Below are positions 30,519-39,241 of a DNA stretch of 61,269 bases, piece after piece; position 1 is the stretch's first letter, and each line of letters begins with the position of its first letter. The DNA lies in the NCBI GenBank assembly GCA_052033375.1, contig JBPOJQ010000004.1:1-61269 (forward strand), read 5' to 3'. This DNA comes from Candidatus Magasanikiibacteriota bacterium (GTDB lineage: Bacteria > Patescibacteriota > Patescibacteriia > Magasanikbacterales > UBA922). Under the pieces are notes generated by a model. That model did no database searches. It saw nothing but the letters and a program-made list of their open reading frames with translations, and had not been told where the DNA came from. The translations under genes and the position numbers were made by a program.

Positions 30519-32557
30519 TATTCAAATCTTTTTTTTCCTCGATATTTTTTTTATCCCTCATTCTCCTTGGACTCTGTAGTAGTGCCGAAGTTTTTGCGCT
30601 CAAAAAAATTGGCGAAGCCTGTAATGATGCAAATGAATGCGCAAGTGACAATTGTCAAGATTCATTTTGTACCTGTGGAGATGGTGCCCCATCTGCGCAC
30701 TGTGCGGCTGCGTATGGAGGTACCGAAGCTGACTGGAAATGTGTAGATTCGGGTGAAGATCCTGATTCGACTCGTAATGAATGGAATTTTTGTAGAAAAG
30801 CAGATTATCTCAGTAGTCTTCCCAAGAAATCGACTACTGACGTGATATATCCAGTTGAAAAAAAGATACTCATGGGCTTTCCCTGTGCTGCAGAAGATGT
30901 ATGTCTTTCTGCAAATGGACACGCCCTCAATACCTGTGAAGAGACAAGTATTGATAGCAAATCGACACAAGGTGACCCACACTACGATCCCTGGTATACC
31001 CCTGGGAAAAAACTCAGTGTATGCGCTGCTCCTCAAAATTATTACGCCCCAAGCGTATGTGAAAAACAGTATGGAACAGGAACATGGTTTTTCACACAAG
31101 GCACTGGTGATTTGAACGGAATTGACGTCTGTCAAAAAGAAGGTGCTCCGCCTATTACCACTCTAGAACAGATGAGGAAAAATAATATGAAAGATGAAAA
31201 TAACGTGGAGGCGAATTTTCTGGGTTTTGATATTTCAATTGAAGCACCCGAGCTCATAGTCCCTGAAACAAAAATTAAAATACCTGGAGTGATTTTTTCC
31301 AAAATTACCAAGGAAAGTCATATCACGACTGATGAATCGGGAACTACCTGGCTGAATATCCCCTTTCTTGGAGAATATATCTCATCAATCTATAAATACA
31401 GCGTCGGACTGATTTCTTTGATTGCAGTCATGACCATGATTATTTCTGGTGTACAAATTATCACTTCCGCTGGAAATAGTGAAGCAATCAGCGGAGCAAA
31501 ACACCGTATTATCTCATCGGTCATTGCAATCATACTCACCGCAGGATCATATACCATTCTTTACACCGTTAATCCTGATTTGGTGAATTTGAAGAATTTG
31601 AAGATACTCGTTGTACCTGGTCAACAACTCGAAATCCCAGAAGAGAATGATGAGTCCACTCAAAATTTACCCACAGACGCGGAAGGTAACGTGATAAACT
31701 CTATCCAAACCACATCTGTGACAGTGCAGACCGAATCAGGAGCTGTTACGCAGATTGTACAAACAGGAGCAGATGGTCCGGTGACTAAAAAACCAACATC
31801 GCCGAACGAAATTACAGAAAAAGAATTCAGAAAAGACACTATCAATGGTATAAAAGCCAATGGATGGGAAATTTGGCAGAGCCTAAGCGAGGAACAAAAA
31901 AACACAGTCCTACCTCATCTTTTTATCAAGACTGGAAGTTGTCTTACCAATGAGTTAATCAAAACAGGTGTAACCAGCTGTGGCTGGAAAAACTATTTAT
32001 TACACAGTGCTGTAGTTCCTTTATTCCAACAGGCGGTACAAAACGCACAAAAATATGGTTTCCAATTATGTCCCGGAAGTACATATCGAGATCTTGATGA
32101 AGAAACTCAGTTGTGGAATACAGGAATTGTTGCACGTTTCAGCCACAATGACACTGGCTGGAGTTCAAACCAAGGAAAAATTGCAAAGCCTTCCTGCACA
32201 GCCCCCCACTCTTCAGGTGGCTCAGTAGATGTTGCACTAAGACGAATCGGGGAAGAAAAAAATGTCACTAACTTTTCTGGACAAATGAATTCTCTCCAAC
32301 AAGGAATCGCTTATTATTCAAATACAGCTGATGCAAACGTATACGCAACTATACTAGAACAAATTATGTATGAATCAGGATGGGTACGTTACTGTCAAGA
32401 AAAATGGCATTTTGAAGCAGTAGTCACTACCAGATATTCAAAATGGACCAATAAGGAGGCGCGCTGTGTCATGCATTGGGATAATTGGATAATTCCTATC
32501 CCCGATGCAGTAAAACAGAAAGCTAATACTCTAACCACTCAACCAATTTTCCCGTAG
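30515..32557 (+). CDS. Cys-rich CPR-type pilin fused to an M15 (VanY/VanX-like) peptidase
   Basis: Signal peptide; Cys-rich N-region; EYISSIYKYSVGLISLIAV..SAGNSEAISGAKHRI..ILYTVNPDL pilin motif; STYR, APHSSGGSVDV, EKWHFE. Start overlaps the dsbA stop (ATGA). Confidence 0.8.
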   Translation: MIFKSFFSSIFFLSLILLGLCSSAEVFALKKIGEACNDANECASDNCQDSFCTCGDGAPSAHCAAAYGGTEADWKCVDSGEDPDSTRNEWNFCRKADYLSSLPKKSTTDVIYPVEKKILMGFPCAAEDVCLSANGHALNTCEETSIDSKSTQGDPHYDPWYTPGKKLSVCAAPQNYYAPSVCEKQYGTGTWFFTQGTGDLNGIDVCQKEGAPPITTLEQMRKNNMKDENNVEANFLGFDISIEAPELIVPETKIKIPGVIFSKITKESHITTDESGTTWLNIPFLGEYISSIYKYSVGLISLIAVMTMIISGVQIITSAGNSEAISGAKHRIISSVIAIILTAGSYTILYTVNPDLVNLKNLKILVVPGQQLEIPEENDESTQNLPTDAEGNVINSIQTTSVTVQTESGAVTQIVQTGADGPVTKKPTSPNEITEKEFRKDTINGIKANGWEIWQSLSEEQKNTVLPHLFIKTGSCLTNELIKTGVTSCGWKNYLLHSAVVPLFQQAVQNAQKYGFQLCPGSTYRDLDEETQLWNTGIVARFSHNDTGWSSNQGKIAKPSCTAPHSSGGSVDVALRRIGEEKNVTNFSGQMNSLQQGIAYYSNTADANVYATILEQIMYESGWVRYCQEKWHFEAVVTTRYSKWTNKEARCVMHWDNWIIPIPDAVKQKANTLTTQPIFP

Positions 32558-32623
32558 TTTTCCTTGTGTTCAATGCCTGTCCATGGGTATACTTATATCT
32601 TCTAAGTCTACTAACCCAGGCAT

Positions 32624-33964
32624 ATGGTCGTGAAAACAAAAATAATCTTCACCTGTTCCAAGTGCGATGCACAATACCAGAAGTGGATTGGAAGATGTCT
32701 CGAATGTGGTTCATGGGGCACCGTCACGGAAACAGCTGAACGAATCCCAGAAAATAATACGACGGTTTCCACTTCTCAGCCCGCATCAATTCACACACTC
32801 TCAAGTGTTGATTCAACTACCACTAAACGGACACAAACTACGATTTCGGAACTTGATCGTGTGCTCGGCGGCGGAATTGTCCCTGGTAGTTTTATGCTCC
32901 TTGGCGGAGAGCCTGGTATTGGCAAATCCACACTAGCGCTCCAGCTCGCAGCTACAATCCCCTCTTCTCTCTATATCTCTGCAGAAGAATCGGTAAGTCA
33001 GGTAAAAATGCGGGCTGACCGATTGAATATTACCTCGACCACACTTTCCCTCGCGAATGAAACCGCGGTCGAAAAAATTATTTCAACTATACAAACTCAC
33101 AAACCTACGCTTGCGATTATTGATTCTATCCAGACTATTTCAAGCGAACAGGTGCAAGGTGAAGCTGGATCAGTGTCTCAGGTACGCGCGTGCGCCACAT
33201 TACTTCTTGAGGTAGCAAAACAATCCGGAATTCCGATTGTGATTATTGGACACGTGACGAAAGAAGGTAGTGTCGCAGGACCAAAAACACTTGAACATCT
33301 GGTCGATACAGTACTTTATCTTGAAGGAGATCAGTATCACACGTATCGAATTTTACGAGCAGTAAAAAATAGATTTGGCGCGACTGATGAAGTAGGTATT
33401 TTTGAAATGGAAGGAGTAGGTCTTATCTCGGTTGCAAATCCTTCGGCGTCCTTGCTTCGTGAGCGCGGAGAAGATATGCCTGGGAATGTGGTGACATGTA
33501 TCATGGAGGGTACTCGCCCACTCTTGGTCGAAGTACAAGCACTCGTTCATAAAACGACGTTTGGCTATCCGGTGCGCAAAGCAAGTGGATTTGATTTGAA
33601 CCGTCTACACCTACTCACTGCAGTACTTGAGAAACGTGCAGGGCTTACGCTTGCACAGTATGACATTCACCTGAATATTGTGGGTGGAATAAAAATTCAA
33701 GAACCTGCAGCTGACCTCGCAGTGTGCCTTGCAATTGCAAGCTCATACAAAGATAAGTCACTTGGTCGCGACACGATTGTGTTTGGTGAAGTAGGATTGG
33801 GCGGAGAAGTGAGATCCGTACGACACAATGAAAAACGAATAAAAGAATCAATTGATCTCGGTATGAAGCGCATCATTGTTCCTGCAGGGAAAAAAATTAC
33901 TGAACAGCCTGGTGTGAATATGATTGAAGTAAAGAATATTGAAGAGCTTATTAAGAAGACGTGA
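32624..33964 (+). CDS. radA: DNA repair protein RadA/Sms
   Basis: CSKC..KWIGRCLECGSWGT zinc finger, GGEPGIGKST, KNRFG, GEVGLGGEVR. Confidence 0.97.
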   Translation: MVVKTKIIFTCSKCDAQYQKWIGRCLECGSWGTVTETAERIPENNTTVSTSQPASIHTLSSVDSTTTKRTQTTISELDRVLGGGIVPGSFMLLGGEPGIGKSTLALQLAATIPSSLYISAEESVSQVKMRADRLNITSTTLSLANETAVEKIISTIQTHKPTLAIIDSIQTISSEQVQGEAGSVSQVRACATLLLEVAKQSGIPIVIIGHVTKEGSVAGPKTLEHLVDTVLYLEGDQYHTYRILRAVKNRFGATDEVGIFEMEGVGLISVANPSASLLRERGEDMPGNVVTCIMEGTRPLLVEVQALVHKTTFGYPVRKASGFDLNRLHLLTAVLEKRAGLTLAQYDIHLNIVGGIKIQEPAADLAVCLAIASSYKDKSLGRDTIVFGEVGLGGEVRSVRHNEKRIKESIDLGMKRIIVPAGKKITEQPGVNMIEVKNIEELIKKT

Positions 33965-33968
33965 CTAA

Positions 33969-34498
33969 ACGCGTCCCTCCCCTTTTAGGGGAGGGACGCG
34001 TGAGGTCTGCCGAAGCTTCGACTTTACTCTATACTAAAATTTAACAAGGAGGGATTATGCCGTATGTTTATACAAACAAACGTTCTTTAATTAATAGAAG
34101 AAAACTGTTACGTAGAAGACAGACCAAAGCAGAACAAATTCTATGGAAAGAATTACGTGGTAGAAAATCTGGAGTCGTATTTAGAAGACAATATGGCATC
34201 GGATCATATATTACTGATTTTTATTGTCATGAATTTAGATTAGTGATCGAGCTTGATGGACCAATTCATGACGAACAAAAAGAATATGACCGACGACGAG
34301 AAAATTTTCTAAAAAAGCAAGGATTCACAATACTACGATTTAAAAATGATGAAGTGTTATTTGAAAGAGAAAGTGTAATAGAGAAAATAAAAAGTGCTTG
34401 TAATATTTCTCCTCAGTAAACTACGCAAATATTATTATACTCACTTATAATAATATCCTTCGAACGACCTCACCCTTCCCTCTCCTGAGAGGAGAGGG
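33969..34498. mobile_element. DUF559 gene flanked by inverted REP-like hairpins
   Basis: 33975-34007 versus reverse complement of 34466-34498: 27/33 identical, with a compensatory C-G/T-A stem pair. Confidence 0.7.
34057..34419 (+). CDS. DUF559 family (Vsr-like) endonuclease
   Basis: LRRRQTKAEQILWKELR..FRRQYGIGSYITDFYC..LVIELDGPIH..YDRRRENFL..GFTILRFKNDEV; SD aaggagg. Confidence 0.92.
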   Translation: MPYVYTNKRSLINRRKLLRRRQTKAEQILWKELRGRKSGVVFRRQYGIGSYITDFYCHEFRLVIELDGPIHDEQKEYDRRRENFLKKQGFTILRFKNDEVLFERESVIEKIKSACNISPQ

Positions 34499-34505
34499 TT
34501 TAATT

Positions 34506-34631
34506 CAATACAAACAAAAATCCACACTCGCCCTCCCGCGATGACTCCCATATATGAGATTCATTGCGTGATTCGAGTGTGGATTTTGTATTCGAGACGC
34601 GAGCGGTCGCCGAAGCGATCCGCCCGCTCTC
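34506..34631. other. Two hairpins 3' of ORFan 34638-35054
   Basis: aaaatccacactcg (34517-30) pairs with cgagtgtggatttt (34574-87), with an inner stem; the second hairpin 34594-34631 has a cUUCGg loop on the minus strand. Confidence 0.65.
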
Positions 34632-34637
34632 TTCCCA

Positions 34638-35054
34638 TCAGTGGAAGTGCATCGGACGCCGGCTGCTGGGCTGGATCACCGAGACCTTCGGCTCACCCTG
34701 CTCGAGCTCCTCCTGCCAGAGGAGGAGCTTCTCGTGCGAGATGCCGAGGTTCTCCATGAGGAACCTCGAGACCCGCGGGTGCGTACGGAAGCTCCGGTAG
34801 ATGGTGCGCGAGATGTCATCGACCTTGGACTGCCGACCCACCTTGAGACCTCCGATGTCGAAAGTACCCCTGAACGAATCGTACAGGCCCTTCGACGCCA
34901 CCTGTTCATGGCCGATCACCCTGACGAGGCTACTGCAGATCTCGGGCGAGAGATGCTGGCTCGAGCCGGGAGGTCCTCCGACGAGACGGACCGCAGGACC
35001 ATGGGTCCCGAGGAAGGTCCCCGTGATCGCACACGTTCGACTGACTGACTTCAT
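34638..35054 (-). CDS. GC-rich ORFan (138 aa)
   Basis: ATG 35054 after aagggg; consensus promoter upstream; 39/60 G+C at 34681-34740. Confidence 0.65.
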   Translation of the reverse strand: MKSVSRTCAITGTFLGTHGPAVRLVGGPPGSSQHLSPEICSSLVRVIGHEQVASKGLYDSFRGTFDIGGLKVGRQSKVDDISRTIYRSFRTHPRVSRFLMENLGISHEKLLLWQEELEQGEPKVSVIQPSSRRPMHFH

Positions 35055-35140
35055 TGGTATACCCCTTGATGTTGTGCTTTTATGTGACGGCGTGACGGCC
35101 GAATCCACCCCAAAGCACGGAAAGAGTAGACATAGGTGCG

Positions 35141-35169
35141 AGTATAAACAAAAAATCCCAATCTGTCAA
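35141..35169 (-). promoter_or_regulatory. Near-consensus sigma70 promoter
   Basis: TTGACA-17 nt-TATACT. Confidence 0.75.
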
Positions 35170-35190
35170 TGCAAACTGGGGAAAAACATG

Positions 35191-35291
35191 AAATCCAAAA
35201 CTAAAAACTCAAATATCAAAACTTCAGCTTAAATCTCGAATTTTGACTTTTTAGTTGGAGCTTTGAGTTTTGAACTTTAAATTTTGAGTTT
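35191..35291. repeat. Inverted array of degenerate heptamers directly after the recG stop
   Basis: A-rich arm aaatccaaaactaaaaactcaaatatcaaaa and T-rich arm ttttgactttttagttggagctttgagttttgaactttaaattttgagttt. Confidence 0.65.
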
Positions 35292-37406
35292 CTACTCCAT
35301 ATGCACCCGAGCTTCCCACTCTTGTACCCGCTCTTTGAGCTCTGGAAACTTCTCAAAATCCATACCTCGAGCTGATTCCCTCGCAGCCCTGATAATATCC
35401 TGATCACGCATGGTCGCGAGCCGGAGTTCTTCCATTCCACTCTGCGCCGTACCATATACTTCTCCCGGGCCTCTAGTTTCAAGATCATATTCTGCAAGCA
35501 CAAATCCATCAAGTGTTTTCGCAAAGTACTCTAATCGACCTTTTGATACTACATTCTCAACCTCGGTAAACAAAATACAATACGACTGATACTCCGCTCG
35601 CCCTACTCTCCCACGGAATTGGTGCAGCTGAGCTAACCCAAATCTCTCAGCTCCCTCAATCATCATAATTGATGCATTGGGAATATTTACTCCAACTTCA
35701 ATTACTGAGGTTGAGACTAATATGTCAGTTTCTCCTGCAGCAAATTTTTTCATGATTCCTTCTTTTTCTTTTGATTTCATTTTTCCATGCAAATACCCAA
35801 CTCGGAGATCTGGAAATATTTTCGTTGACAACTTTTCGTATTCAGACAATACAGTTTTCTTTTCTGATACCAGACTTACATTTTCGCCTTCTTTTGTTTT
35901 CTGTTCTATCAACGGACACACGACAAATACTTGTCGTCCTTTTTCTACTTGCTCTCTAATAAATCCATAGGCCTTTTCTCTCTTATTCGGTTCAACGAGT
36001 CTCGTAATAATATCTTTTCTCCCCGCTGGTTTTGTCTTGATATACGATACATCGAGATCACCATACAAGGTCAGTGCGTACGAGCGTGGAATTGGTGTTG
36101 CAGTCATGGATAAAAAATGCGGATACATTCCTTCCATACCAGACTTATCACGAATTGTTTTTCTTTGTTCCACCCCAAATCGATGTTGCTCGTCGATCAC
36201 CACCAGCCCTAATTGGTGAAACTGTGTATCCTCAGTCAATAATGCGTGAGTACCGATAACTAAATCAATTAATCCCTCATTAATCTGTTTTTTTACTTCT
36301 TGTTTCTCTAATTTTCTCGATTTACTTTCGGCTTCATGCACTTTCGACTTTCGACTTTCGACTTGAGAACCTGTGAGAAGTCCAATACTTATCTTATCAC
36401 CAAATAGTTTTATTAGAGTCTCATAGTGCTGCGTCGCCAAAATTTCTGTCGGCGCCATAATGACTGATTGATATCCATTCAAAAAACTCAAATACGCAGA
36501 CAATCCAGCAACAATTGTTTTTCCAGACCCCACGTCTCCTTGCAATAGACGATTCATCGGTGAACCCTGCCCAATATCTTGGAAAATTTCCCATGCTGAT
36601 TTCTTCTGATCTACCGTTAATTCAAATGGTAGTGATTGTACAAACTCACGAATTTCTTTTTCCTTGAATCCAATATGTGGTGCGTGTTGTCTTGCACTCG
36701 ACTGTCGAATCAATTCTGCTCGAAGTTGCAATATGAACAATTCACCAAACTTAAGACGGCGCTCAGCGCACACTCTTTCTTCATGATTTTCTGGAAAATG
36801 AATTTTTTGTATTGCTTCAGATAACGTTATTAGTTTATTTTCTACAAGAATACTGTGCGGAATCCATTCTGTAATTTGCTCTGCAAGCGGAAGTACTTGC
36901 TCTACAAGAAACCTCATTTGTTTTTGTGTAACTCCTGATGTAAGCGGATACATAGGTACAATACGCGCGGTGTGTGTCGCCTGTTTGTCTTCTCGTACAC
37001 GTTCATACGCAGGACTAGTCATATGTGTCCCAAATACATCTTCTTTTATGGCACCCGACAGATACACCTCGTCCCCCACTTTCAATATTTTTGCAATAAA
37101 CGGCTGCCCAAACCAAATCACCCGGATCACGTCAGTCTCGTCCCGAACTACCGCTTCAGTAATCATTGTGCGTTTGCGAGGACTTCGTTTATTTGCGATT
37201 AATTCAATCGTGCCTTTAATCGTCAGATCTACCCCTGGCATAACATTCGCAATCGGTACGACTGATCGATAATCTTCGTATCGAAAAGGAAAATGAAATA
37301 ATATATCTTGTGCTCTAATTATCCCAAGAACATTCAATTTCTTTTCAAGATTTTTTCCTACACGATGGAGTTCGGATACTGGAGTTGTGAGGCGAAGCGC
37401 GGACAT
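35292..37406 (-). CDS. recG: ATP-dependent DNA helicase RecG
   Basis: DILFHFPFRYED, LQGDVGSGKT, IDEQHRFG, MTATPIPR, LAQLHQFRGRVGR. Confidence 0.97.
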   Translation of the reverse strand: MSALRLTTPVSELHRVGKNLEKKLNVLGIIRAQDILFHFPFRYEDYRSVVPIANVMPGVDLTIKGTIELIANKRSPRKRTMITEAVVRDETDVIRVIWFGQPFIAKILKVGDEVYLSGAIKEDVFGTHMTSPAYERVREDKQATHTARIVPMYPLTSGVTQKQMRFLVEQVLPLAEQITEWIPHSILVENKLITLSEAIQKIHFPENHEERVCAERRLKFGELFILQLRAELIRQSSARQHAPHIGFKEKEIREFVQSLPFELTVDQKKSAWEIFQDIGQGSPMNRLLQGDVGSGKTIVAGLSAYLSFLNGYQSVIMAPTEILATQHYETLIKLFGDKISIGLLTGSQVESRKSKVHEAESKSRKLEKQEVKKQINEGLIDLVIGTHALLTEDTQFHQLGLVVIDEQHRFGVEQRKTIRDKSGMEGMYPHFLSMTATPIPRSYALTLYGDLDVSYIKTKPAGRKDIITRLVEPNKREKAYGFIREQVEKGRQVFVVCPLIEQKTKEGENVSLVSEKKTVLSEYEKLSTKIFPDLRVGYLHGKMKSKEKEGIMKKFAAGETDILVSTSVIEVGVNIPNASIMMIEGAERFGLAQLHQFRGRVGRAEYQSYCILFTEVENVVSKGRLEYFAKTLDGFVLAEYDLETRGPGEVYGTAQSGMEELRLATMRDQDIIRAARESARGMDFEKFPELKERVQEWEARVHME
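36341..36366. repeat. Heptamer microsatellite (CTTTCGA)3 inside recG
   Basis: ctttcga ctttcga ctttcga cttga, encoding QVESRKSKV. Confidence 0.85.
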
Positions 37407-37411
37407 ATATG

Positions 37412-37930
37412 TTATCTCTCATAAATATATAATGAAAGATCGTTCTTTGTCTTGTCGATTACTTTGGGAGTCCACCCTTCTATCGGCCATACATAGGTAG
37501 CAATTTTTACCCCAGGCTTCAGTTCTTTGACAAACTTCTTTCCCAATCGGGCATGCGCCTTGTAGCTCAAAAACAAAAATATCACAGTCGCATGAGACAG
37601 GTCAGCCGTATAAAAATCTCGATATAAAATCCTGCACTTCTTCCCATGTTTTCTACCCTTGATTCGAGCAAGAATGTAGGGAATCAATGATACTTCGAAA
37701 CCGACCGCTTCTGCAACGCCTTTTTCAAGTGCGTGTATCAGTGTTCGCGCATCTCCACAACCGAGATCATACACTCGATCTGTTGGTTTCAATGGGATTA
37801 ATCGATCAAGTCTAGAAAGGTCCCGAGAACGCATAGGCACCCATGGAGCTGCTTTCAACCCTCCATACGTGTACGTGCCCAATAGCGCCATAAGGAAACA
37901 GAAAACTAGTATGGACAGCCAGATAGTCAT
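37412..37930 (-). CDS. Class I SAM-dependent methyltransferase with N-terminal TM
   Basis: APWVPMR, YDLGCGDAR, GFEVS, ATVIFLFL; start reassigned to MTIWL. Confidence 0.85.
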   Translation of the reverse strand: MTIWLSILVFCFLMALLGTYTYGGLKAAPWVPMRSRDLSRLDRLIPLKPTDRVYDLGCGDARTLIHALEKGVAEAVGFEVSLIPYILARIKGRKHGKKCRILYRDFYTADLSHATVIFLFLSYKAHARLGKKFVKELKPGVKIATYVWPIEGWTPKVIDKTKNDLSLYIYER

Positions 37931-38026
37931 AGTACGGGTATAGTAGCATGTAACACTTTCTTCTTCAAAAGCATACAGTACACGCCCATGCATCGGCACA
38001 ACATGCACTCTATACACATACTCCAC

Positions 38027-38602
38027 TTACAATAAACTAAAGATATTGAGTATGCCTTTTGAATATAGAATATTAAATACTACATTTCCTGCAAATAGGA
38101 CTGGCACAATATGGCGTAGACGGTAACCAAGAAAAGCAAAAGGTACTAATAGAATTTCATTCGGTAATGGCGCGAGTGAGGCAAATAAAAATAATATACT
38201 CAATGGTGCCCACTCATATTTTTCATGAATAATTTTTATTTTTGATTCAATTTTTTCTGAAAATGTATGCGAAACCATCTTCTTCCCCAAATTTCCAAGA
38301 AAATAAGCAATCGTGTCCGCCACCGTCATTCCCAAACTAATAATGGCAATAACGGTGTACAAATTAAGCCCTGATTCAATACACAATGGTAAAAATGAAA
38401 TTGCCGGAATAGGAATTATAAAATTGAATCCGCTAATCATGGATATGATAAAAATACCTACATAGCCATAGGATGTGATGATTCTCTGTATATTTTCATT
38501 CCCTCGAGCTAAATCAGCAAAATAAAATGCGCCTCCGATCACTGCAATAAGAGATATCCCTTGGATTACCAGTTTTATTATCTTCTTGTGTTCCATATAC
38601 AC
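38027..38602 (-). CDS. DedA/VTT-like membrane protein
   Basis: Multi-TM; GMTVADTIAYFLG, ASLAPLPNEILLVP. Confidence 0.7.
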   Translation of the reverse strand: MYMEHKKIIKLVIQGISLIAVIGGAFYFADLARGNENIQRIITSYGYVGIFIISMISGFNFIIPIPAISFLPLCIESGLNLYTVIAIISLGMTVADTIAYFLGNLGKKMVSHTFSEKIESKIKIIHEKYEWAPLSILFLFASLAPLPNEILLVPFAFLGYRLRHIVPVLFAGNVVFNILYSKGILNIFSLL

Positions 38603-38634
38603 ATCTTAACGTGTGTATGTTCTCGGGTCAATTG

Positions 38635-38706
38635 TGCCTCCAGCGGGAATCGAACCCACATCACCGGCTCCGGAGGCCAGTGCTCTATCCATTAAGCTAT
38701 GGAGGC
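38635..38706 (-). tRNA. tRNA-Arg(CCG), no encoded CCA
   Basis: GCCTCCA..TGGAGGC acceptor; CTGGC-CTCCGGA-GCCGG anticodon arm; GTGGGTTCGATTCCCGC. Confidence 0.95.
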
Positions 38707-38779
38707 AATGATACAAAATTGTACACCATGCATATACACAGACAAGCGCGCATGGTTTTTCCAAACCCACACGCGCCTC

Positions 38780-39241
38780 TTAGTCATGACTGAGCAGTTC
38801 TTCAAGAAAAATCACGTTCCCGCGAATTTCATGCGCCTGCTCTTCGTCGATCAATCCACTTCCATTGCCAGTTGTATAGTACTGGTGCAGTCGGATGAAG
38901 AACTGGAGTCTCCACCTGAGGTATTCTGCTCTGAGCACTGAAGGCACTTCTCCAACTTCGACCTCAAGTGACTTTCTACAGCTATTATCCAAATTGCAGT
39001 ACGTGAGAGCTTCTCTCAGCTCATGGCGCGCTATGATTTCCCTATACTCTTGCGGAATATCCTCCGAAAGATACAGGAATCTTGGGTAGCGCACAAAACC
39101 GGCAATATTCGCTACATCTGGCTGGAATTCCCTCCTCAGTACTGTGTAAAAAAACTTTCTACCACGATAGTTGACCCTTTCTCTACCCAGTACAAAATCT
39201 TTTGCCCAGGTTGGAACACCTGTAAAATTCTTGAATCTCAT
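38780..39241 (-). CDS. ORFan (153 aa) with an HELRE (HExxE) zincin-like motif
   Basis: ATG 39241 after gaggggg; YLSEDIPQEYREIIARHELRE; followed by a hairpin near 38746-38776. Confidence 0.65.
   Translation of the reverse strand: MRFKNFTGVPTWAKDFVLGRERVNYRGRKFFYTVLRREFQPDVANIAGFVRYPRFLYLSEDIPQEYREIIARHELREALTYCNLDNSCRKSLEVEVGEVPSVLRAEYLRWRLQFFIRLHQYYTTGNGSGLIDEEQAHEIRGNVIFLEELLSHD

Noticed and set aside
34541-35232. Plus-strand ORFs 34541-34759, 34564-34800, 34641-35048 and 34801-35232
   Set aside because: These are antisense shadows of the GC-rich minus-strand gene, which has the consensus promoter, SD and terminator.
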